Made by a program: the position numbers and the translations under genes | The notes under the pieces: model-generated | Told to the model about the DNA's origin: nothing | Database searches by the model: none | The model's input: the letters and a program-made list of their open reading frames with translations, nothing else | Shown here: positions 9,095-17,876 of the stretch, in pieces | Layout: the number at the start of each line of letters is the position of its first letter | Numbering within the stretch: position 1 is the stretch's first letter | Source: an uncultured delta proteobacterium | GTDB taxonomy: Bacteria > Desulfobacterota > Binatia > DP-6 | NCBI GenBank assembly: GCA_963815115.1 | Contig: CAWFFN010000009.1 | Span: 1,248,001-1,312,000 of the forward strand | Direction of reading: 5' to 3' | Length of the DNA stretch: 64,000 nucleotides

Positions 9095-9640
9095 ATGAAA
9101 GCCCTGATCGGAGTGAGCGCGATCCTTTGCCTGGCAGCGGTGGCGGCAACCTGCGACGCGCATTCGTTTCCAGCCAACGCGAAATCGCTGAAGTCGAACC
9201 TCGTCCAGAACTACCCGCCCTGCACCGCCCCCGACGTCGTCACCACGGGGGGGAGGCCGGCGTGTCTGGCCACCGAGGAGGTGGATCCGGACTGCCTCTT
9301 CGGCTCGAAGGGCGTCGGGACGCTGAAGGCGGCGATCACCAAGACCGACGTCAAGCTCGTGGCGACCGTGAAGGGACTCGATCCATTGTGCGAGGGCAAG
9401 ACGCTGACGCCCGCGCTCACTGTGCGCACGACCACCGACGATTGTGCCGACGACCACTGCACCGTGGCCGACTACGAGCTCACGGGCGGCTCGTGCACCG
9501 TGAAGAAGGGCAAGTGCTCCGTGACCACCTCGATTCCCACGGGATATCCCCCGGGCGCCGGAAGCGAGATGACCGTCCTGACCTGTGGCGTGAAGGAGGG
9601 GGACCGGACCGCATTCACCTGTGGCGTGATGGTGAAGTAG
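9095..9640 (+). CDS. Secreted Cys-rich hypothetical protein
   Basis: GGAG RBS, signal peptide ending CDA|HSFP, multiple Cys, GC-rich third codon positions. Confidence 0.8.
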   Translation: MKALIGVSAILCLAAVAATCDAHSFPANAKSLKSNLVQNYPPCTAPDVVTTGGRPACLATEEVDPDCLFGSKGVGTLKAAITKTDVKLVATVKGLDPLCEGKTLTPALTVRTTTDDCADDHCTVADYELTGGSCTVKKGKCSVTTSIPTGYPPGAGSEMTVLTCGVKEGDRTAFTCGVMVK

Positions 9641-9746
9641 CGTGGGAAATCGGTCCCTTCGCGCACGGGTCCGGGCCGATGGCACCGAGATCTTTGCCAG
9701 GTTCGGACACCCCCGGTATCGTCTGATGGGCCGGGAGTCCCGTCCA

Positions 9747-10700
9747 ATGCGTTCAATCATGCTCGGCTTCACGTGCGCCGTCGTATTCACGATGGCGGCG
9801 CCGGTGATGGCCCACGAGCACATGTACATCGGGTCCGATCAGCCGCACCGCGGCGCGCTCGTCCTGCGCTACGACTTCACCCGGGCGTTCCCGCTCTCTC
9901 CCGATCCGGGAGGCGACGGGTTCCTCGGCACCGATCCCGCCTTCAACTCCCAGGTGACCGACGATCCGGCGGACGGGATCTACCGGTTGAAGAACCACGT
10001 GGTCGTGAAGATGCGGATCACGGCGATGGATCCGGGTGTCTCCGTGGGGATGGAGAAGACGCCGCTCGGTCCGGCGAAGACGCTCACCAAGCCCGGCGAC
10101 ACGGCGATCATCGGCCGCATGCCGTACCTGCACGTGCATCCGTTCTGGCGGTTGAACGTGCCGGCCGGCGTCAGCGGTGACTATCACTTCTCGTTCGAGG
10201 TGCTGGCCGCCGGCTACCGCCCGTCGGTGTCCTACACCGCGACGATGAGCAACCTGACCGAGCCCACCACGACCACGACCACGCTGCCGGGCCAGACGTG
10301 CGCGCCGGGCTCGTGCGACGATCACGACGGGTGCACGGTCGACAGCTGCGTCGGCGGCGCCTGCCAGCACGATCCCGCGACCGGGGTCGACGCCGTGCGC
10401 TGCAAGCTGGCGCCGCTGGCCAATGCGATGAACGACGTGCGCGCGACCACGGCTCCGGGCCGCCGGGTGGAGAGCCGCCTCTTCCACGCCTTCAACGCGG
10501 TCGATCCGGCGCTCCAGGCCGTCGCGGCCGGCGGCAAGGACGCGCCGCGCAAGGTGAGGAAGGCGGTGAACCAGCTGAACCGGTTCGCCAAGATGGTCGA
10601 CCAGGGTGCGCGGGTGAACCTGCTCGACCCGGGCCAGGCCGACACGCTGCGGACGCTCGCGGGGAACGTGTACGACCAGCTCGTCCTCCTGACGCCGTAG
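9747..10700 (+). CDS. Secreted protein: His-rich N-domain, Thr linker, Cys-rich repeat, helical C-domain
   Basis: Signal ending VMA|HEHMYIG, LHVHPFW, TTTTTT linker, CDDHDGCTVDSCVGGAC repeat unit. Confidence 0.8.
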   Translation: MRSIMLGFTCAVVFTMAAPVMAHEHMYIGSDQPHRGALVLRYDFTRAFPLSPDPGGDGFLGTDPAFNSQVTDDPADGIYRLKNHVVVKMRITAMDPGVSVGMEKTPLGPAKTLTKPGDTAIIGRMPYLHVHPFWRLNVPAGVSGDYHFSFEVLAAGYRPSVSYTATMSNLTEPTTTTTTLPGQTCAPGSCDDHDGCTVDSCVGGACQHDPATGVDAVRCKLAPLANAMNDVRATTAPGRRVESRLFHAFNAVDPALQAVAAGGKDAPRKVRKAVNQLNRFAKMVDQGARVNLLDPGQADTLRTLAGNVYDQLVLLTP

Positions 10701-10715
10701 TCGAAGGGAATTGAA

Positions 10716-11183
10716 TTGATGATCCATCGAGTCCTGCGTTCGTTCGTCCTCGCGGCTGCGCTCGCGGCGGTCGCAATGGCGCCGCCCGACGCGGCCGCAA
10801 AGAAGGCCAAGCAGCTCTCGTTCATGGCGGTCCTGAACGGAGGGCAGGTCGTCCCTCCGAGCACCAGCAACGCCATGGGCGTCGGCTTTCTCACCTTCGA
10901 CAACGCCACCAAGCGCCTGTGCTACTCGATCACCTACTCCCAGCTCCTCGGGAACGAGACCGAAGCGCACCTGCACGGCGACGCGCAGCCCGGCGAGACC
11001 AGCGCCGTGCTGTACGACCTGAATCCGCTCGGAACGCCCAAGACCGCGTGCCTCGGCAGCCCGCTCAAGCCCAACGAGGAGGTCCTCCTCAAGCGCGGGC
11101 GGATGTACATCCAGATCCACACGGACATCTTCGTGGCCGGTGAGATTCGCGGCCAGGTCGTGCCCGTTCCCTCGGTGCGCTGA
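10716..11183 (+). CDS. Secreted CHRD-domain protein
   Basis: L.GGQVVPP, AHLHG and MYIQIHT...GEIRGQV CHRD motifs. Confidence 0.9.
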   Translation: MMIHRVLRSFVLAAALAAVAMAPPDAAAKKAKQLSFMAVLNGGQVVPPSTSNAMGVGFLTFDNATKRLCYSITYSQLLGNETEAHLHGDAQPGETSAVLYDLNPLGTPKTACLGSPLKPNEEVLLKRGRMYIQIHTDIFVAGEIRGQVVPVPSVR

Positions 11184-11197
11184 CGAGGCGCGTCCCG

Positions 11198-12055
11198 GTG
11201 CTCGTGTCCCGCGCTCCCGCGCTGGCGGCGGTCGTCCTGGCGATCGGCCGCCTGGCCGCCGCTCAGACCTGTCCGCCCGACTGTCTCGGGGGCGGCCGGA
11301 ACCCGGCGGTCGACTGCCTGGTCGAGTTCGGCGGGCTCCAGACGACCGACGAGAGCTGCTTCGACGGCAATCCGACCTGCGACAGCGACGGCGCGGTCGA
11401 CGGCGTGTGCACGTTCGACCTCTCCGTCTGTCTCAACGTGGCAGGCGATGCCGGCTGCACCCCCGGCGGGATGACGAAGCTGCCCTCGGTGCGTCCGGCG
11501 CGCAGCGCCGCCGCCCGCTCGCTCTCGAGCGCCATCGCGACGCTCGATCCCTCGCAGCCTGGCTGCACGGCGCCGGGCCTCGCCGTGCCCCTCACCACGG
11601 CGCTCAACGGGGTGAAGCAGACGACGGCCCGGGTCGCGGTCACCGCAGGCGCGGGCAGGAAGCGAGACCGCAACAAGCTGCGTCTCACCTGCCTCCCGTC
11701 CCCGCTCGCGCCGAGCCTGACGCAGGAGCTCCGGCCGATCTTCGAGACGCATTGCGCGCTCCCCGCATGCCACACGACCGCCACGGGGGGCATCACGCCG
11801 GCATTCGATCAGCCCGACCTGCACGCCGCGCTCGTCGGCGTTCCGTCGACGAACTTTCCGGCGCTGGCGCTGGTGCACCCGGGCAGCGTCCAGCAGAGCT
11901 ACCTGGCGCGGAAGATCCTCGGCAAGCGCATTCCCGACCACACCGAGCGCATGCCCCAGGGATGCCCGAGCCAGCCACCGGCCGGCGGCTGCCTCACCGA
12001 CGGCGAGATCGCCGCGATCGCGGCGTGGATCCAGGCCGGGGCGCCCGACAACTGA
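11198..12055 (+). CDS. Secreted protein with Cys-rich N-domain and C-terminal planctomycete-type cytochrome c domain
   Basis: IFETHCALPACH (CX4CH), PG....SYL..KI, RMP and LT..EI..I..WI.AGA. Confidence 0.75.
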   Translation: MLVSRAPALAAVVLAIGRLAAAQTCPPDCLGGGRNPAVDCLVEFGGLQTTDESCFDGNPTCDSDGAVDGVCTFDLSVCLNVAGDAGCTPGGMTKLPSVRPARSAAARSLSSAIATLDPSQPGCTAPGLAVPLTTALNGVKQTTARVAVTAGAGRKRDRNKLRLTCLPSPLAPSLTQELRPIFETHCALPACHTTATGGITPAFDQPDLHAALVGVPSTNFPALALVHPGSVQQSYLARKILGKRIPDHTERMPQGCPSQPPAGGCLTDGEIAAIAAWIQAGAPDN

Positions 12056-12058
12056 TCC

Positions 12059-13060
12059 ATGGCCAACCGTCGCCTCACGCTGCTGCTCGTCGTCGTCATG
12101 GTGCGGATGGCCTCCGCGCACATCGTGCCGATTCCTCCCAGCACCTGCCGGTTCGACCCGGTCGACTTCCGCGCGCCGGCCATCGGGCTGAGCGGGAGCG
12201 CGCAGGCGGGCGCCACCGCGGACACGTTGCGAATCCTGTACGACGCCAGTGCGAACCAGATCCAGATCTGCTCGACCGTCGCGGGCGACGGAGCCCGCTG
12301 TGGCGGCGAGGCGGTCCCCCGGCCGTTCACGCTGGGCTCGATCACCGGCACGCTGACCTTGCCCTCGCTCTTCGAGGGGGTCATGCGGTCGAGCGGCGAC
12401 GTCACGCTTCCCGATCTGCCGCTCACGCTCGTGGTCGGCGGGTCGTCCACCACCGTGCCCGTGACCCTGACGACCGGCCTCGTGGCGGTGGACGGTGCCG
12501 TGGGCGAGGGCACGCCGCTGCAGGGGCTCGGGAGCCTCACCCTGGTCGGCGTCCTGGACGGCGGCGCGCTTCCTCCGCCGGTCGCCGGACAGTCGATCCT
12601 GCTGCGCCTCTCCTGTCAGCCGCGACCGGTACCCGACAAGGATCAGTTCGTTCCGGACCTCCGGATGACCGCGATCAGGGGCCAGATCACGTCCACGGAA
12701 GCGCGGCTGAAGGCGTCCATCGACATCGCGTCGGCGACGCCGCCGAGCCTGGTGGCGACCCCGGTGCTCCTCTCCGTCAACGTCGACGGGACCGAGGTGG
12801 CCTCGGCGATCGTCTCGACGGGTCTCCAGGGGAGCCGGCGTCTCACCGGGACGAGCGACGACACCCGCTCGACGATCACCGTGCGTCAGACGGCCAGGCG
12901 CCTTCTGCTGACCGTGCTGCTACGCGACGTCACGCTGCCCCGGACGTCCGGTCCCGTCCTCGTGGACCTCACGCTGGACGGTGGCGGTGTCATCGGCCGC
13001 GGCGAGCAGCTCTTTCAGACCAGCGGGAGCGGGAAGCGGCTTGCGGCCGCGGGAGGCTGA
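12059..13060 (+). CDS. Secreted hypothetical protein, probable paralog of 17877-18953
   Basis: Signal ending ASA|HIVP; beta-rich; tightly packed in the operon. Confidence 0.75.
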   Translation: MANRRLTLLLVVVMVRMASAHIVPIPPSTCRFDPVDFRAPAIGLSGSAQAGATADTLRILYDASANQIQICSTVAGDGARCGGEAVPRPFTLGSITGTLTLPSLFEGVMRSSGDVTLPDLPLTLVVGGSSTTVPVTLTTGLVAVDGAVGEGTPLQGLGSLTLVGVLDGGALPPPVAGQSILLRLSCQPRPVPDKDQFVPDLRMTAIRGQITSTEARLKASIDIASATPPSLVATPVLLSVNVDGTEVASAIVSTGLQGSRRLTGTSDDTRSTITVRQTARRLLLTVLLRDVTLPRTSGPVLVDLTLDGGGVIGRGEQLFQTSGSGKRLAAAGG

Positions 13061-13689
13061 TGACTACACTGAATCACATGCGGCTCGCGACACTGCTCGC
13101 CGCCCTGGTGCTTCTCTTTGCCGGTCGAAGCTCGGCCCAGGACGCCACCCCGATCTTCCATGGCCTGTTGGACATCCGTCCCGCGTTGGGAAGGATCGAC
13201 AAGAACGTGGGCATCGGGAACGTGCAGATCAAGCGCTGGGATCTGGTGCTCAAGGACGATTCGAATGGCATCTTCCCGACCCGGGAGCAGGTCCTCATCG
13301 CCATCGGCGACAGCGAGCGCCTCGTCGTCACGGCCGGGACGATCCGGTCCTCGCGCAATGGCCAGCGCTTCACGTACCGCGACCCGAAGGCCACTCGCGG
13401 CGTCCGGTCGTTGCAGCTCCGCCAGTACAAGAAGGGTTGCATCGGCCAGGCTTGCTACCACGTGAGTCTTTCGCTGGTGCAGGTCGACTTCTCGGCGCTC
13501 GTGATCGGGTCACCCGTGTGTTCGCCCATGGCGATCATCATCGGTGACGACGACGGCTTCTCCGACGTCGCGCTCACTCGCCCCGGCCTCGTCGGCTCGA
13601 CCATCCATGTCCTGCCGGCGTGTCCGAACCCGCCCAACAACTGTCCCTGTCCGCCGGGCACCGCCGGCGGCTGGCCCTGGTTGAACTAG
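13060..13689 (+). CDS. Secreted hypothetical protein with Cys/Pro/Trp-rich tail
   Basis: ATG overlaps the upstream TGA, with a GGAGG RBS; signal peptide; ends CPNPPNNCPCPPGTAGGWPWLN. Confidence 0.75.
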   Translation: MTTLNHMRLATLLAALVLLFAGRSSAQDATPIFHGLLDIRPALGRIDKNVGIGNVQIKRWDLVLKDDSNGIFPTREQVLIAIGDSERLVVTAGTIRSSRNGQRFTYRDPKATRGVRSLQLRQYKKGCIGQACYHVSLSLVQVDFSALVIGSPVCSPMAIIIGDDDGFSDVALTRPGLVGSTIHVLPACPNPPNNCPCPPGTAGGWPWLN

Positions 13690-13726
13690 GCCCGCCGGTC
13701 CGCCGCGGCGCGTTGGCGGGATTCCC

Positions 13727-13776
13727 TTGACAGCTCGCGCCGGCCACGAGTACAGCCCCACGTACCGATCGGTACG
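13727..13776 (+). promoter_or_regulatory. Sigma70-like promoter plus perfect 16-bp palindromic operator
   Basis: TTGACA at 13727, weak -10 (TACAGC) at 13751, and palindrome CGTACCGATCGGTACG at 13761-13776, 5 bp before the TetR start. Confidence 0.7.
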
Positions 13777-13781
13777 CACCC

Positions 13782-14432
13782 GTGAGCCAGCCCGCCGTCT
13801 CTCGCACCCCGGACCTCGCCGCTGACGTGCGGCAGCGCATCCTCGACGCCGCCGAGGCGGTATTCGCGGAGCGTGGCTACGGCGGCGCGACCACCCGGGA
13901 GATCGCCGAGCGGGCGGGCATCGCGAAGCGGATGCTGTTCTACTACTTCGCTAGTAAAGAGGTGGTCTACCGGACGGTGCTCGAGCGCGTGGTCGGCGGG
14001 ATGGTCGGCATCCACGAGCAGTTTCGCGCCGATCCGGGCCCGGTCGGACTGGCCGAGGCCATGGAGGGCATCACCCACTTCGCGGCCGCGAACCTGCCGG
14101 CGTTGCGCGTGCTGACGCGCGAGATCATGGACGGCGGGCCGTACGTCGCCGAGCTCACCCGCGACCACCTCGGCCCCCTCTTTGCCGCCGGCGCGGCCGA
14201 GGTCGAGCGCAACATGGACGAGGGCATCTTCCGCCCCGGCGACCCGATGCACGTCCTGGTGCACGTCGCCGGCCTGACTCTGTACTACTTCCAGATGCTG
14301 CCCCTGCTGGAGCGCATCTGGAAGCGCGATCCGCTCGCGCCCGCGACGCTCGTCGAGCGCGCGGCCGCGGTGCGCGACTGCTTGCTGTACGGCCTGGTCG
14401 AGCCCGCTGCCCGGGGGGAGGCATCCTCGTGA
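13782..14432 (+). CDS. TetR/AcrR family transcriptional regulator
   Basis: RQRILDAAEAVFAERGY..ATTREIAERAGI....LFYYF.SKE HTH. Confidence 0.93.
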   Translation: MSQPAVSRTPDLAADVRQRILDAAEAVFAERGYGGATTREIAERAGIAKRMLFYYFASKEVVYRTVLERVVGGMVGIHEQFRADPGPVGLAEAMEGITHFAAANLPALRVLTREIMDGGPYVAELTRDHLGPLFAAGAAEVERNMDEGIFRPGDPMHVLVHVAGLTLYYFQMLPLLERIWKRDPLAPATLVERAAAVRDCLLYGLVEPAARGEASS

Positions 14433-17400
14433 GAAACGCAATCGCACCGCTGGTGATCCTGTCGCTGACGTTCGCCGGAGCTGCCGCCGCGCAGCCGACC
14501 CGCTCGAGTCCGCTCGCGGTGGCGCCCGACGGCCACGTCTTCGTCGTCAACCCGGACTCCAACTCGGTGGCGCGCCTGGAGTTCGACGCCATGCACCAGG
14601 GCACGCTCACCTCCGAGCAGCCGGTCGGCACGTATCCGCGCACGGTCGCGGTCGCGGGGCCGTACGTGTTCAGCGCCGATCAGACCAGCGACACCGTGTC
14701 GCGCCGCGATCAGGCCGACCTCGGGAACCTCCAGCAGGTCAACCTGGGCTTCGGCTGCAACCCCTACGGCGTCGCGCCCCTCCCGGGAGGCGGCGGAGTC
14801 GTGGTCTCGTGCCAGGGCACCAGCGAGGCCGTGCTGCTCGGGCTCGATCTCGGCGTCGTCGCCCGCGTGAAGCTGCCGTGGCCCAGCGCGCGCGCGATCG
14901 CCGTGACCTCGGACGGCGCGACCGCCTACGTCACCCACTACATCACGGCGGAGCCCAGCCTCGACGCGCACGTGAGCGTCGTCGACCTGGGGCAGAAGTC
15001 GGTGGCGAAAGTTCTCGCCATCCCGCCCGACGCGAGCACCTGCGAGACCCAGAACTCGGGCCAGGGCGTTTTCAACCTGGTCTCCGCAATCGCGCTCATG
15101 CCCGACGGCGCACCCGCTGCAGTGGCGGATCAGCTCTGGGTCGGCGGCGAGCAGGAGAACGTGATCTCGAAGGGTCTCTTCAAGCGCTGGCCGGGCTTCG
15201 CCGCCCAGCCCGGCTCGGGGATGTTCCCCTGGGTCCAGTACAAATCGTTCCCCGACGGTGGCGCGGTTCGCAACATCTACAAGCCCTCGTTCCACGACAT
15301 CATCCGATTCGGCATCTACAAGGTCGACCGCGTCAGCGGGAACGTCGTCGGCAAGGTCGACGTCGACGAGGCTGCCAATGCGAGCGACATCGAGCTGTCG
15401 GCGGACGGCGGCGTCGCCTACGTCGTCGACCTGAACTTCAACTCGTACCACATCTTCAACACCGTGCGCGGGCAGAACGGCAACCCGACGACCGTCTTCG
15501 CACCCGTCTCGAGCTTCGGACCGGGCGGCGCGGCGCCGACCCGGGGCTGCATTCCGCAGGCGCTGCCCTCGGTGGAGACCGAGTCCCCGTTCCGGATCGA
15601 GCCACAGTCGCAGATCACGACCATCGACGGCTACGACCCCATCGATCCGAGCTTCGCGCCGGTGAACACGGGCGTCGAGTTCGACGCCGTCACCTACCAG
15701 ACCGCCGGGACGTCGCAGATGCGGCTCGTTTCCGACGGCATCGGGACGGCACCCATCGGCGTGCGGCTGTCACCCGATGGCCAGACGGTCTACGTGGCGA
15801 ACTACCTGGCGCGCAACGTCGTGGCGGTCGCATCCGCGGCGCCGCTCGACGCCATGGGCAATCCCGCCAACCTGCGCTGCGCGTCGCAGCCGACGATGAC
15901 CTGCGGGCGCGACAACGACTGCCCGGCGGGCGTCGGCTTCTGCAACCACCCCGGCGGCGGCGTGTGCACCACGGACGCCGATTGCGGCACGCCCCCGTGC
16001 GTCCGGAAGCAGGACTGCGTGCCGATCGTCCTCGGTCAGCCCGTGTCGAGCATCACGGGCGGGATCGCGGCCGACCCGCTCCCGGCCGCTCTCCTGGACG
16101 GCAAGATCCTCTTCAACACGGCCGCGCGCGACGCCAGCCTGACGAACGGCGTCGGGCTCGGGGCAGCGGCGCCGCTCTTCAACAACCCGGCCCGTCCGGA
16201 GCTTGCCGCGATGCCCGGGAGCGTCGTCAGCACCGCCCACGACGCGTCGTACGTGACCTGCACGACGTGCCACGCCGACTTCGGCGGCCAGGACGGCCGG
16301 ACCTGGGACTTCGCGCAGTTCGGGGCGTCGCTGCGCAACACCATGGACCTGCGCGGCCGGCCGGGATTCTCGCCGGGCACCTGCAGCAACGAGCCGTCGA
16401 AGGAGTGCTTCTTCGACGCCGCCTGCGGCGACGGCAACGTGTGCAAGATGAACTCGCAGATGATCCCGCCGAACATCCCGGCGGCGGACCGCGACCGCTA
16501 CTTCAACCCCATGCTGACCGTGCACTGGAACGGCGACCGGGACGAGGTGGAGGATTTCGAGCACACCTATCGCAGCCTGCTCGGCGCCGGCGATTGTGAC
16601 GCCGTCGAGTTCGCGCCGACCTGCCAGGGCGCGCTGATCCAGCGCAGCACGCTCACCTCCAGCGATCCGGCCGACGTGAACGACGACCTCGGGCCGCCGA
16701 ACCGCAACATCCGGGGCCCGAAGACCGGCATGAACGCCGGCGTCCGGCTGACCCACATGGCCGACTTCGTCTACTCCCTCACCGAGTTCGTGAAGAACCC
16801 GAACCCGAAGACCGCCGCGACGGAGCGCGGGCGGAAGATCTTCAACGACCCGGCGACCCAGTGCACCACGTGTCACAACGGCGGGCCGGGCGCCGGCCGC
16901 CAGTTCTTCACCGACAAGAAGCCCAATCCCGGCTTCGACCCGTCGCGGCCGGGACGCTCGGACGGCAACAACCCGTTCGTGCGCCACGATGTCGGCACGT
17001 CGAACCTGTTCGATCAGACCGACCCGCAGGCCATCGCCCAGAAGAACCAGACCTTCCAGGATCCCGGCAACCCGCCCGACACCCGCCAGATCCCCGGCAG
17101 CCGCGGCGTGCTCGGCGACTACATCACGCCGGTGCTGAACGACCTCTGGAACACCGCGCCCTACCTGCACGACGGCAGCGCACACACGCTGCTCGACGTC
17201 GTCCGGCCGTGCAACCCCGCGCTCGACGACTGCTTCGAGGCAGGACGCGGACGCAACCTGCGCATCGCGGGCGTGAACGGGCAGGAGCTGCACGGCGCCA
17301 CCAGCTTCCTGACCCCGCAGCAGCTGAACGATCTGGTCGATTTCCAGAACTCGCTCACCCTCGACACGCTGGTCGGTACCAACGAGCGCGTGCTCAACGC

Positions 17401-17863
17401 CGGCTCGCTGACGCTCACGAAGGCGGTGTTCACCGTTCCGAAGCAGAAGAAGAACGGCAAGACGGTGGGGCAGGTGAAGGTCGTGGCGGCCGGCACCCTG
17501 GCCGGGGGCGGTGGCGGGCTCGATCCGGCGCAGGGCGTGACCCTGTCGCTGGCGACACCCAAGGATGGGCGGATGGTGATCGTCGAGCGCACCCTCGCGC
17601 TGCGCGGGTCGGGCCGTCGCTTCAAGGGCCACGACGGGGGGCTGTCGCTCGTGCTGCGGCGGAAGGGCGATGGGTTCGCCTTCACGGTCAAGGGGAAGGG
17701 CGCCGACGTCGCGGCGCTCGACACCGGGAACCAGGATGTGACGGTCGCGATCGAATTCGGCAAGACGGGCGACTTCGCGCAGGCGCAGTTCGTCCAGAAC
17801 CGCAACCTCACCGGCAAGAAGAACGTCTTCACGCTGCCGAAGAAGAAGCGCCATCGCGCCTGA
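14429..17863 (+). CDS. Large secreted YVTN/YncE beta-propeller plus di-heme cytochrome c peroxidase-like protein
   Basis: VFVVNPDSNSV, AYVTH and VYVANYL propeller repeats; two CTTCH; RNT.DL, HWNG.RDE and TAPYLHDGS; Cys-rich CxxDxDC inserts; Lys-rich C-domain. Confidence 0.85.
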   Translation: MRNAIAPLVILSLTFAGAAAAQPTRSSPLAVAPDGHVFVVNPDSNSVARLEFDAMHQGTLTSEQPVGTYPRTVAVAGPYVFSADQTSDTVSRRDQADLGNLQQVNLGFGCNPYGVAPLPGGGGVVVSCQGTSEAVLLGLDLGVVARVKLPWPSARAIAVTSDGATAYVTHYITAEPSLDAHVSVVDLGQKSVAKVLAIPPDASTCETQNSGQGVFNLVSAIALMPDGAPAAVADQLWVGGEQENVISKGLFKRWPGFAAQPGSGMFPWVQYKSFPDGGAVRNIYKPSFHDIIRFGIYKVDRVSGNVVGKVDVDEAANASDIELSADGGVAYVVDLNFNSYHIFNTVRGQNGNPTTVFAPVSSFGPGGAAPTRGCIPQALPSVETESPFRIEPQSQITTIDGYDPIDPSFAPVNTGVEFDAVTYQTAGTSQMRLVSDGIGTAPIGVRLSPDGQTVYVANYLARNVVAVASAAPLDAMGNPANLRCASQPTMTCGRDNDCPAGVGFCNHPGGGVCTTDADCGTPPCVRKQDCVPIVLGQPVSSITGGIAADPLPAALLDGKILFNTAARDASLTNGVGLGAAAPLFNNPARPELAAMPGSVVSTAHDASYVTCTTCHADFGGQDGRTWDFAQFGASLRNTMDLRGRPGFSPGTCSNEPSKECFFDAACGDGNVCKMNSQMIPPNIPAADRDRYFNPMLTVHWNGDRDEVEDFEHTYRSLLGAGDCDAVEFAPTCQGALIQRSTLTSSDPADVNDDLGPPNRNIRGPKTGMNAGVRLTHMADFVYSLTEFVKNPNPKTAATERGRKIFNDPATQCTTCHNGGPGAGRQFFTDKKPNPGFDPSRPGRSDGNNPFVRHDVGTSNLFDQTDPQAIAQKNQTFQDPGNPPDTRQIPGSRGVLGDYITPVLNDLWNTAPYLHDGSAHTLLDVVRPCNPALDDCFEAGRGRNLRIAGVNGQELHGATSFLTPQQLNDLVDFQNSLTLDTLVGTNERVLNAGSLTLTKAVFTVPKQKKNGKTVGQVKVVAAGTLAGGGGGLDPAQGVTLSLATPKDGRMVIVERTLALRGSGRRFKGHDGGLSLVLRRKGDGFAFTVKGKGADVAALDTGNQDVTVAIEFGKTGDFAQAQFVQNRNLTGKKNVFTLPKKKRHRA

Positions 17864-17876
17864 AGGGGGACTGGCA

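Noticed and set aside
14429-17863. Methanobactin (MbnH/MbnP) or CuMMO locus
   Set aside because: No mbnA/B/C, TonB receptor or pmoCAB-like genes in the window; only superfamily-level similarity.
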